Positions 1 to 8,762 of a DNA stretch of 63,921 nucleotides are shown here, piece by piece. Numbering within the stretch: the stretch's first letter is position 1; every line of letters starts with the position of its first letter. The stretch lies in the NCBI GenBank assembly GCA_050250695.1, contig JBFWOE010000004.1, forward strand, positions 1 through 63,921, given 5' to 3'. The position numbers and the translations under genes are program-made. Source of the DNA: Burkholderiales bacterium. GTDB taxonomy: Bacteria; Pseudomonadota; Gammaproteobacteria; Burkholderiales; SG8-41. Below the pieces are notes generated by a model. It was not told the DNA's origin. It saw nothing but the letters and a program-made list of their open reading frames with translations, and did not search any database.

Positions 1-967
1 CGCGCTGCGCAATTTCGTCGAGTCCCTGGACACCACCGCGCTGATGGTCATCACCGGCGGCCGCGTGTTGTTCGAATACGGCGACCCGGCGCATGTCAGC
101 GTGCTCGCCTCGGCGCGCAAAAGCGTGCTGGCGATGCTTTACGGCAAGTATGTACACGACGGCAAGATCAGACTCGACCGCACACTGGCGGACATCGGTT
201 TCGATGACATCGGAGGACTATCCCCAGCCGAGAAACAGGCAACCGTCGAACACCTGCTGACTGCGCGCTCCGGCATCTACCACCCGGCGGCGAATTCCGG
301 TGACGACACCGCGCATGCACCGGAACGCGGAAGCGTGGCGCCGGGCACGAAACACCTCTACAACAACTGGGATTTCAACGCCGCCGGCGCGGTGTTTGAA
401 CAACTCGCCAAACGCGACATCTACGACGCTTTCGGGACCGATCTCGCGCAACCCCTGGGCATGCAGGATTTCCACCGCGCGCTGCAGCGCAAGACCGGCA
501 ATCGCGCGCGCTCACGCCACCTCGCTTATCACCTGCATCTGTCGACCCGCGACATGGCGCGCCTCGGCCTGCTGATGCTGCGCGAGGGTCGCTGGCAGGA
601 CACGCAGGTCATGCCCGCGGGATGGAGCGCCAGAATTACGCGGGTGGTCACCCCCTACGACGAATTGATCCCCGAGCGCCGCCGCCGGTTCGGCAGCGGT
701 GAACGCTGGGGCTATGGCCACATGTGGTGGACATGGGACACGCCGGCCCCGGATTCATCCGATGTCATGGCCGGCGCATACACCGCACGCGGACTGGGCG
801 GCCAGTACATCACGGTGATTCCGCGGCTCGACATGGTGGTTGCCCACAAGGTCGATCCGCGGCCGGGTGGTGACCGGTCGCAACCGCGGCGGCGCATCAC
901 CGCCGCGCAGTACGGCGCGATCCTGCGCATGATCACCGGCGCGCGCTGTGCCGGTGCCGCCTGCTGA
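1..967 (+). CDS. serine hydrolase, beta-lactamase/transpeptidase-like family (5' end cut by window edge)
   Basis: ORF 44..967 stays open in the same frame back to nt 2 (ALRNFVESLDTTALMVITGG...), so the gene begins upstream of the window. An S-x-x-K motif (SARK) follows the VITGGRVLFEYG segment, as in class-C beta-lactamase-related hydrolases. Confidence 0.75.
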   Translation, partial: ALRNFVESLDTTALMVITGGRVLFEYGDPAHVSVLASARKSVLAMLYGKYVHDGKIRLDRTLADIGFDDIGGLSPAEKQATVEHLLTARSGIYHPAANSGDDTAHAPERGSVAPGTKHLYNNWDFNAAGAVFEQLAKRDIYDAFGTDLAQPLGMQDFHRALQRKTGNRARSRHLAYHLHLSTRDMARLGLLMLREGRWQDTQVMPAGWSARITRVVTPYDELIPERRRRFGSGERWGYGHMWWTWDTPAPDSSDVMAGAYTARGLGGQYITVIPRLDMVVAHKVDPRPGGDRSQPRRRITAAQYGAILRMITGARCAGAAC

Positions 968-1063
968 ACCCGCTGCCGCGACCGTCATAAATCCTTAATC
1001 CCCCGCGGGTTACATTGTTCGGCGCCGCAAGAACGCCCCCTGCCGTGCCCGCCGGGAACAACA

Positions 1064-2722
1064 ATGATGCAATTCATGATGCTGCCTTTCCGCCGGCGTT
1101 ACGCCGTGCTGACGCTGGCGATTGCCATGGCGGCGGTTTCGCTCGTGCTGGTCCAGGAATGGCGCCTGTTCTGGATTCCGTTCGCCGTGGCAGGATCGCT
1201 GGTGCTGCTGGGCCTGCACGATCTGCTGCAGACACGACACAGCGTCCTGCGCAGCTATCCGATCGCCGCGCATTTCCGGTTCCTGCTCGAACAGATAAGA
1301 CCCGAAATCCGCCAGTATTTTCTCGAGGACGATTCGACCGGCACCCCGTTCGCGCGCAAGAAGCGGGCGATCGTCTACCAGCGCGCCAAGGGGCAGCTTG
1401 ACAAGGTGCCGTTCGGCACCCAGCTAGACGTCTACGACACCGCCTTTGAATGGCTGAGCCACTCGGTCGCCGCGTGCGAGCCGGCTGACAAGCCGTTCCG
1501 GGTCATGATCGGCGGTCCCGACTGCGCGCGTCCCTATTCCTCGTCGATATTCAACATCTCGGCAATGAGTTTCGGCGCGCTGAGCGCCAACGCGGTGCGC
1601 GCGCTGAACAAGGGCGCCAGGCTGGGCGGCTTCGCCCAGGACACCGGAGAGGGGGGCGTCAGCCCTTATCACCGCGAACACGGCGGCGACCTGATCTGGG
1701 AAATCGGCAGCGGTTATTTCGGTTGCCGCAACGATGACGGAACGTTTTCCCCTGAGCGTTTTGCCGAAACCGCACGTGCCGACCAGATCAGGATGATCGA
1801 GATCAAACTGTCGCAGGGCGCGAAACCCGGTCACGGCGGCGTGCTGCCGGCAGCCAAGGTGTCGCCGGAAATCGCCGCCACACGCGGCATCCCCCTGGGT
1901 GTTGACTGCATCTCGCCGCCGCGGCACCGAGCATTCTCGACGCCGGTGGAGCTGCTGCATTTCGTCGCAACGCTGCGGCAGTTGTCCGGTGGCAAACCAA
2001 CCGGGTTCAAGCTGTGCATCGGCCATCCCTGGGAATTCCTGGCAATCTGCAAGGCCATGCTGCAGACCGGCATCAAGCCGGATTACATCGTCATCGACGG
2101 CACCGAAGGCGGCACCGGCGCGGCACCGCTGGAATTCGTCGACCACATCGGCATGCCTCTGCGCGACGGCCTGACCTTCGCCCACAACGCCCTGGTCGGA
2201 CTGAACCTGCGTCAGCACATCCGCATCGGCGCCGCCGGCAAGATTACTTCCGCGTTCGACATCGCGCGGGTGATGGCGTTGGGCGCGGACTGGTGCAACG
2301 CGGCGCGCGGCTTCATGTTCGCGGTCGGCTGCATCCAGGCGCAAAGCTGTCATACCGACCGCTGTCCGACCGGTGTCGCGACGCAGGATCCGTTCCGCCA
2401 GCGCGCGCTGGTCGTCGATGACAAGGCCGAGCGCGTGTTTCGTTTTCATCAGTCCACGCTCAAGGCACTGGCGGAGGTCATCGCCGCGGCAGGACTGCAG
2501 CATCCCGGCCAGCTCACCCTGGATCATCTGTGGCGGCGCGTAGCGCCCAACCGGGTCGAGAGTTTTGCGCAGATATATCCGCCGCTGGTCCCCGGCGCCT
2601 TGCTGGAAGGTCACGCGGATCCGCGCTTCGCTTCGGCATGGGCTCTGGCCCGTGCCGACAGTTTCATGCCGGCTGCAGGCGAGCAGTCAACCCCGGCTGT
2701 TGCCAACCTGCAGGCCGCATAA
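1064..2722 (+). CDS. FMN-binding glutamate synthase family protein (GltB FMN-domain homologue with N-terminal membrane anchor)
   Basis: 552 aa. Two N-terminal hydrophobic helices are followed by a GltB domain-2-like core (ISAMSFGALS, KLSQGAKPGHGG, IVIDGTEGGTGAAP, GKITSAFD). Confidence 0.85.
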   Translation: MMQFMMLPFRRRYAVLTLAIAMAAVSLVLVQEWRLFWIPFAVAGSLVLLGLHDLLQTRHSVLRSYPIAAHFRFLLEQIRPEIRQYFLEDDSTGTPFARKKRAIVYQRAKGQLDKVPFGTQLDVYDTAFEWLSHSVAACEPADKPFRVMIGGPDCARPYSSSIFNISAMSFGALSANAVRALNKGARLGGFAQDTGEGGVSPYHREHGGDLIWEIGSGYFGCRNDDGTFSPERFAETARADQIRMIEIKLSQGAKPGHGGVLPAAKVSPEIAATRGIPLGVDCISPPRHRAFSTPVELLHFVATLRQLSGGKPTGFKLCIGHPWEFLAICKAMLQTGIKPDYIVIDGTEGGTGAAPLEFVDHIGMPLRDGLTFAHNALVGLNLRQHIRIGAAGKITSAFDIARVMALGADWCNAARGFMFAVGCIQAQSCHTDRCPTGVATQDPFRQRALVVDDKAERVFRFHQSTLKALAEVIAAAGLQHPGQLTLDHLWRRVAPNRVESFAQIYPPLVPGALLEGHADPRFASAWALARADSFMPAAGEQSTPAVANLQAA

Positions 2723-3023
2723 CAAAACCCCGTGACGCCGCAAAATATTAATTAAATTATTAAAAACAATCAGTTATATCTGATCGCCGGACATCTTGCA
2801 GCGCCGCCGCCGTCAGGCGTACAAAACCGCCTTCACGTCATGGTCACTGACCTCCGTCGATGGCGATGAAGCAAGTGCGCAACAGTGCATCCCGATTCCG
2901 TTGATTTCCCCTCTGACAGCACCATAAATTGCCCTTTTTTTCCCTGCCTCAAAGGCGTAGTATTTGCGACACTTTTCGCCCAGTCCGCCGGGGGCCGAAA
3001 TAGACAAATAAAAACAACAAGAT

Positions 3024-4910
3024 GTGGCGACACCTGCAACGGAGCTTTTGTTGAAACCGACTGATATCGCGCACCCCGATTACTTCCATAAAGTTGTCGA
3101 TTGTCAGTGGGCCTGCCCGGCTCACACTCCCGTCCCCGAATACATCCGCTTGATCGCCGCAGGCCGCTACAGCGATGCCTACATGGTCAACTGGAACTCG
3201 AATGTGTTCCCCGGAATCCTGGGTCGTACTTGCGATCGCCCCTGCGAACCGGCCTGCCGCCGCGGCCGCGTCGAGGAAGGCAACGTCGAGATGCGCAAGC
3301 CGACCGCGCACGAAGACGGCCCGAAGCCGGAACCGGTGGCGATCTGCCGCCTGAAACGCGTCGCCGCCGACAACAAGGACGATGTAGCGCAGCGCATGCC
3401 GAAGGCGCCGAAGCAGAAAAACGGCAAACGCATCGCCTGCATCGGCGGCGGTCCTGCCTCGCTGACCGTGGCGCGCGATCTCGCGCCTCTGGGCTATGAC
3501 ATCACGATCTACGAAGCCGACCCCAAGGCCGGCGGTTTCATGCGCTCGCAGGTGCCGCGTTTCCGCCTGCCCGAATCGGTGATCGACGAGGAAGTCGGCT
3601 ACATCACCGGCATCGGCAACATCACGGTCAAGACCGGCACGCGCATCGACAGCCTGAAAAAAGTGCTGGCCGAAGGCTACGACGCGGTGTTTGTCGGCAC
3701 CGGCGCGCCGCGTGGTCGCGACCTCGACGTGCCCGGTCGCACCGAAGGTGCAAAAAACATCCATCTCGGCATCGACTGGCTGGCGAGCGTGTCGTTCGGC
3801 CACATCGAGAAGATCGGCAAAAAAGTCATCGTGCTCGGCGGCGGCAACACCGCGATGGACTGCTGCCGTTCGGCCAAACGCCTCGGCGGCGAGGACGTCA
3901 AGGTCATCGTGCGTTCGGGTTACGACGAGATGAAGGCCAGCCCGTGGGAAAAGGAAGATGCGATCCACGAAGGCATCCCCATCCTCAACTTCATGGTGCC
4001 CAAGTCGTGCAGGATCGAAAACGGCAAATTGACCGGCATGGTGTTCGAGAAGGTCAAGGCCGAATACGACGACAAGGGCCGGCGCAAGCTGGTACCCACG
4101 GGTGAACCCGATCAGCTGGTCGAGTGCGACGACGTGCTGGTGGCCATCGGCCAGGAAAACGCCTTTCCCTGGATCGAGCGTGACGCGGGCGTCGAATTCG
4201 ACAAATGGAACATGCCGGTGGTCGACAAGGTGACCTTCCAGTCGACCAACCCGAAAGTGTTTTTCGGCGGCGACTCGGCCTTCGGACCGAAGAACATCAT
4301 CTGGGCTGTGGCCCACGGCCATGAAGCCGCGGTGTCCATCGACAAGATGTTCGCCGGAGAAGAACTCACGGACCGCCCGTTGCCGGCAGTCACCGTGATT
4401 TCCCAGAAAATGGGCATTCACGAGTGGAGCTACGACAACGACATCTCGGCTGCGCTGCGCAACAAGGTACCGTGGCAGGACCAGAAGCTGACACTGAAGA
4501 ACATCAAGGTCGAGGTCGAACTCGGCTTTGACGCCAAGACCGGCTTTGCCGAAGCCCAGCGCTGCCTGAACTGCGACGTGCAGACGGTATTCACGCCGAG
4601 GCTGTGCATCGAGTGTGACGCCTGCGTCGACATCTGCCCCATGGACTGCATCACCTTCACCCCCGATGCCGAGGAAGCCGAGCTGCGCCGGCAGCTGACC
4701 GCACCTTCGCTGCACCCGGACCAGGGTCTCTACGTGTCGGACAAGCTGCGCATGACCGGCCGCATCATGGCCAAGGACGAGGACGTGTGCCTGCACTGCG
4801 GGCTGTGCGCCGAACGCTGCCCGACCGGCGCCTGGGACATGCAGAAATACCTGGTCAAGATGACCCACGCCGGCCCGGGCTGCCGCAAGCCGCAGCGCAA
4901 AGCCGCCTGA
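3024..4910 (+). CDS. GltD-like NAD(P)H-dependent flavin oxidoreductase fused to a 2x[4Fe-4S] ferredoxin domain (KorC-type subunit)
   Basis: GTG start. N-terminal Cys cluster as in the glutamate synthase small subunit (CQWACPAH...CDRPCEPAC). Two Rossmann motifs (IGGGPASL, LGGGNTAMDC). C-terminal CxxCxxCxxxCP-type motifs (CIECDACVDICP, CLHCGLCAERCP). Lies 16 nt upstream of korA. Confidence 0.8.
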   Translation: MATPATELLLKPTDIAHPDYFHKVVDCQWACPAHTPVPEYIRLIAAGRYSDAYMVNWNSNVFPGILGRTCDRPCEPACRRGRVEEGNVEMRKPTAHEDGPKPEPVAICRLKRVAADNKDDVAQRMPKAPKQKNGKRIACIGGGPASLTVARDLAPLGYDITIYEADPKAGGFMRSQVPRFRLPESVIDEEVGYITGIGNITVKTGTRIDSLKKVLAEGYDAVFVGTGAPRGRDLDVPGRTEGAKNIHLGIDWLASVSFGHIEKIGKKVIVLGGGNTAMDCCRSAKRLGGEDVKVIVRSGYDEMKASPWEKEDAIHEGIPILNFMVPKSCRIENGKLTGMVFEKVKAEYDDKGRRKLVPTGEPDQLVECDDVLVAIGQENAFPWIERDAGVEFDKWNMPVVDKVTFQSTNPKVFFGGDSAFGPKNIIWAVAHGHEAAVSIDKMFAGEELTDRPLPAVTVISQKMGIHEWSYDNDISAALRNKVPWQDQKLTLKNIKVEVELGFDAKTGFAEAQRCLNCDVQTVFTPRLCIECDACVDICPMDCITFTPDAEEAELRRQLTAPSLHPDQGLYVSDKLRMTGRIMAKDEDVCLHCGLCAERCPTGAWDMQKYLVKMTHAGPGCRKPQRKAA

Positions 4911-4926
4911 AAACACCACTTACACC

Positions 4927-6762
4927 ATGACATCCATCACTGCCGTCAACGACTTCGTCGTCAAGTTCGCCAACGTCAACGGTTCGGGCTCCGCCTCCGC
5001 CAACGAGCTGTTCGCAAGATCCATCCTGCGCATGGGCGTGCCGGTCAGCCCGCGCAACATTTTCCCGTCGAACATCCAGGGCCTGCCGACCTGGTACGAG
5101 GTGCGGATCAACGAGAAGGGCTACCAGGGCCGCCGCGGCGGCGTCGACCTGATGGTGGCAATGAACCCGCAGACCTGGGACAACGACGTCAAGGAAATCG
5201 AGTCCGGCGGCTACCTGTTCTATGACAACACCAAACCGCTGCCGAAATCGAAATTTCGCGATGACGTGACGCCTATCGGCATGCCGCTGACCGAAATCTG
5301 CAATTCGACCTACAGTGATCCGCGCCAGCGCCAGCTGTTCAAGAACATCATCTACGTCGGTGCGCTGTCGGCACTGATCGAGATCGACCCCAAGGTCATC
5401 GAGCAGCTGTTCTCGGAACAATACAAGGGCAAGGAAGCCCTGCTGCAGTCCAACGTCAAGGCCCTGCACCTCGGCCGCGACTATGCACTGAAAAACCTGC
5501 CCTGCCCGCTGGGCCTGCGCGTACAGCCGTCGGATGGCGTCGGCGACCGCATTTTCACCGACGGCAACAGCGCCGCGGCACTGGGCGCGGTCTACGGCGG
5601 CGCATCGGTCTGCGCCTGGTACCCGATCACGCCGTCCTCGTCACTGGCCGAAGCCTTCATGGCCTACTGCAAGAAACACCGCGTCGATGCCGGGTCCGGC
5701 AAGAACAAGTACGCGATCATCCAGGGTGAGGATGAACTGGCCTCGATCGGCATCGCCATCGGCGCCGGCTGGAACGGTGCGCGTTCTTTCACCGCGACTT
5801 CCGGCCCAGGCATTTCGCTGATGAGCGAATTCATCGGGCTCGCCTACTTCGCCGAGATCCCGGTGGTGCTGATCGACGTGCAGCGCGGCGGTCCGTCAAC
5901 CGGCATGCCGACTCGCACCCAGCAATCCGACATCCTCGCCTGCGCCTACGCTTCGCACGGCGACACCAAGCACGTGCTGCTGTTTCCGGAAGATCCGACC
6001 GAGTGTTTCGAACTCACGGCGCAGGCCTTCGACCTCGCCGAGCGCCTGCAAACGCCGGTGTTCGTGATGACCGACCTCGACATCGGCATGAATACCCGGC
6101 TGTGCCGGCCCTTTGCCTGGGACGACACCAAGGAATACGACCGCGGCAAGGTGATGACCCATGACCGGCTCGAGGCCGGCGCCGATTTCGGGCGCTACCT
6201 CGACGTCGATGGCGACGGCATCCCGTTCCGCACCTATCCCGGCACCCATCCGACCAAGGGCGGCTATTTCACCCGCGGCACCACCAAGAACCGCTACGCG
6301 CAGTATTCCGAGGCCGGCCCGGATTACGTGGACAACATGCAGCGCCTGATGCGCAAGTTCGATACCGCGAAATCGCTGGTGCCGAAACCGCTGCTCTATC
6401 CCGCCGAAAAACCGGCGCGATTCGGCGCAATTTTCTACGGCTCGACCAGCCCGGCGATGCAGGAAGCGCTGGACGTGCTGTCCGAAAAGGGCATCCACGT
6501 CAACGCGCTGCGGGTGCGCGGTTTCCCGTTCGGTGACGAACTCAACGATTTCGTGCGTTCCCACCCCTGGGTGTTCGTGATCGAGCAGAACCGCGACGCC
6601 CAGCTGAAAACCCTGCTGGTCAACGACGGCAAGATCAATCCCTCGCGGCTGATTTCTGTGCTGCATTACGACGGCACGCCGATCACCGCGCGCTTCATCG
6701 TCGACCAGATTTCCCAGCACGCCGGCGCCCGCGCCGTGGTGCCGCTGAAGAAGGCATCCTGA
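4927..6762 (+). CDS. korA: 2-oxoacid:acceptor oxidoreductase subunit alpha (fused gamma/alpha, KorA type)
   Basis: 611 aa. Gamma-like N-terminus (VKFANVNGSGSASANELFA) is followed by the alpha domain (AWYPITPSS, GGPSTGMPT). Adjacent to the beta subunit. Confidence 0.9.
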   Translation: MTSITAVNDFVVKFANVNGSGSASANELFARSILRMGVPVSPRNIFPSNIQGLPTWYEVRINEKGYQGRRGGVDLMVAMNPQTWDNDVKEIESGGYLFYDNTKPLPKSKFRDDVTPIGMPLTEICNSTYSDPRQRQLFKNIIYVGALSALIEIDPKVIEQLFSEQYKGKEALLQSNVKALHLGRDYALKNLPCPLGLRVQPSDGVGDRIFTDGNSAAALGAVYGGASVCAWYPITPSSSLAEAFMAYCKKHRVDAGSGKNKYAIIQGEDELASIGIAIGAGWNGARSFTATSGPGISLMSEFIGLAYFAEIPVVLIDVQRGGPSTGMPTRTQQSDILACAYASHGDTKHVLLFPEDPTECFELTAQAFDLAERLQTPVFVMTDLDIGMNTRLCRPFAWDDTKEYDRGKVMTHDRLEAGADFGRYLDVDGDGIPFRTYPGTHPTKGGYFTRGTTKNRYAQYSEAGPDYVDNMQRLMRKFDTAKSLVPKPLLYPAEKPARFGAIFYGSTSPAMQEALDVLSEKGIHVNALRVRGFPFGDELNDFVRSHPWVFVIEQNRDAQLKTLLVNDGKINPSRLISVLHYDGTPITARFIVDQISQHAGARAVVPLKKAS

Positions 6763-6774
6763 CCCGGAAACATC

Positions 6775-7830
6775 ATGACCTATCTCGCCAAACCGAAACT
6801 GCACCACCCGTCGCTGGCCCCCAATGCCGCGGGCTACACCCGCCGCGATTACGAGGGCAAGATCTCCACGCTGTGTGCCGGCTGCGGCCATGACTCCATA
6901 TCGGCTTCGATCATCCAGGCCTGCTGGGAACTCGACATCCAGCCGCACCGGGTCGCCAAGCTCTCGGGCATCGGCTGCTCGTCGAAAACCCCGGACTATT
7001 TCCTCGGCAATTCACACGGCTTCAACAGCGTGCACGGCCGCATGCCCTCGGTGCTGACCGGCGCCAATCTCGCCAACCGCGACCTGCTCTACTTGGGCGT
7101 CTCGGGCGACGGCGATTCGGCCTCGATCGGACTGGGCCAGTTCGCGCACTGCATCCGCCGCGGCGTCAACATGGTTTACATCGTCGAGAACAACGGCGTA
7201 TACGGCCTCACCAAAGGCCAATTCTCGGCCACCGCCACCAAGGGCTCGAAATCCAAGCGCGGGGTTTTCAATCCCGACGAGGCGGTGGACCTGGTCGGCA
7301 TGGCGCTGCTGCTGCGCGCGACCTTCGTCGCGCGCGCCTTTTCCGGCGACAAGAAACAGCTGGTGCCGCTGATCAAGGCGGCGATCAGCCACCCCGGACC
7401 GTCGTTCATCGACATCATTTCGCCCTGCGTGGCCTTCAACAACCACGAGGGCTCGACCAAGTCCTACGATTACGTGCGCCAGCACAATGCCGCGGTCAAC
7501 CGCCTCGACTTCATCGAGTCGCGCGAGGAAATCACCGCCGATTACGCGCCTGGTGAGGTGATCAGCATCGCCCAGCACGACGGTTCGATGCTCAGATTGC
7601 GCAAGCTGGCGCCGGATTACGATCCCACCGACCGCATCCGGGCAATGAATTACGTGCAGGAACGCGCCGCTGCCGGCGAGATCGTCACCGGCCTGCTCTA
7701 CCTGTCGCCGGAGGCTGCCGATCTGCATCACTACATCAAGACCGTCGACACGCCGCTCAACCAGCTCGGTACGAAGGACCTGTGCCCGGGCTCGGCGGCG
7801 CTGGAAAAGATCAACGCCGGGCTGCGCTAG
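6775..7830 (+). CDS. korB: 2-oxoacid:ferredoxin oxidoreductase subunit beta (TPP-binding, KorB type)
   Basis: 351 aa. CAGCGH cluster motif and TPP motif GVSGDGDSASIG...ENNGVYGLTKGQ. Confidence 0.9.
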   Translation: MTYLAKPKLHHPSLAPNAAGYTRRDYEGKISTLCAGCGHDSISASIIQACWELDIQPHRVAKLSGIGCSSKTPDYFLGNSHGFNSVHGRMPSVLTGANLANRDLLYLGVSGDGDSASIGLGQFAHCIRRGVNMVYIVENNGVYGLTKGQFSATATKGSKSKRGVFNPDEAVDLVGMALLLRATFVARAFSGDKKQLVPLIKAAISHPGPSFIDIISPCVAFNNHEGSTKSYDYVRQHNAAVNRLDFIESREEITADYAPGEVISIAQHDGSMLRLRKLAPDYDPTDRIRAMNYVQERAAAGEIVTGLLYLSPEAADLHHYIKTVDTPLNQLGTKDLCPGSAALEKINAGLR

Positions 7831-7885
7831 CCGCCCGCCCCGCGTTGCGGTCACGACGGTGATTTCCGGCCGTCATCGCTGAGCG

Positions 7886-8590
7886 ATGCCCCAGGACGCT
7901 TTTCGCGCCTTTACAGCCACCCACGCGCTCGCGGTCATCACGCTCGGACTGCTGATTGCGGCGTGGATCGTGCTCACACCGAAAACGCCGGCCTCCGCCA
8001 GGCCTTCTCCGCTCGAGCGCGCGCTGGCCTGGAGCAACCTCGCGATCTGGTTCGCCGCACACCTGTGGTGGATCATCCCGCCAGCGCTCGAACTGCGCAC
8101 CACGCTGCCGCTGCAGCTGTGCCATGTCGCCGCTGTACTCGCGTCGGTGGTGCTGCTGACCCGAAGGCGCTGGGCACGCACGCTGGTCTATTTCTGGGGC
8201 ATCGGACTGTCGACCCAGGCAATCCTCACCCCCAGCCTCACCGATCCGCCCGCTTCGATCTGGTTCTGGGGGTTCTGGCAGCAGCACGGCTTCCTGCTCG
8301 CCGTGGCGCTGCACGATTATTTTGCCCGCGGCTACCGTCCCGGCTGGAACGACTTCCGCTACGCCTGCCTTGCCACCTTCGCTTACCTGCTGGCCATCCT
8401 GCCAGTCAACCTGCTGCTGGGCGCCAATTACGGTTTCGTGGGCGACACCATTCCGGAAACCCCCAGCATTGTCGATGTGCTGGGCCCGTGGCCGGAGCGC
8501 TTGGCGGTCATCATCGGCTTGGTTTTCGTCGTGTTCCTGATATTGAAACTGCTGGGCGGCGGATGGCGAAGCTTGCCCGGACATCAGTGA
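7886..8590 (+). CDS. integral membrane protein, YwaF/TIGR02206-like family
   Basis: 234 aa with about 6-7 hydrophobic helices. LPLQLCHV and WGIGLSTQAILTP segments resemble that family as I recall it. Confidence 0.6.
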   Translation: MPQDAFRAFTATHALAVITLGLLIAAWIVLTPKTPASARPSPLERALAWSNLAIWFAAHLWWIIPPALELRTTLPLQLCHVAAVLASVVLLTRRRWARTLVYFWGIGLSTQAILTPSLTDPPASIWFWGFWQQHGFLLAVALHDYFARGYRPGWNDFRYACLATFAYLLAILPVNLLLGANYGFVGDTIPETPSIVDVLGPWPERLAVIIGLVFVVFLILKLLGGGWRSLPGHQ

Positions 8591-8762
8591 CGACCGCCGT
8601 CATATGCTGAAATGCTACAGGATGTTTGTTTTAACTATATGATTTTATTATGTAATATAAACAGGGTGTTAATATGTGAGTGATTACTTTCGCTCCCGCT
8701 TGAATTTTGTGCACCGCAGCATCAGAATGCCGTGACTCCCAACAACAGGAAAGGAGTCCGGC

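Noticed and set aside
3024-3040. Sigma-54-like TGGCGA...TGCA at the start of the korC-like gene.
   Set aside because: The GG-to-GC spacing is 10 nt instead of 12, and the motif lies on the start codon itself. It is not a plausible -24/-12 promoter.
2949-4919. Very long ORFs antisense to or out of frame with real genes. Examples are 2949-4919(-) 656 aa, 12555-14951(+) 798 aa, 29675-32713(+) 1012 aa, 46602-48542(-) 646 aa, 60134-61486(-) 450 aa and 8732-9862(+) 376 aa.
   Set aside because: Their translations are Arg/Ala/Gly/Pro-rich low-complexity strings with no recognisable motifs. Each lies opposite a gene with unmistakable family signatures (korC-like, Moco subunit, metH, ptsI, mrdA, kup). 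These are typical stop-codon-poor shadow frames of a GC-rich genome.
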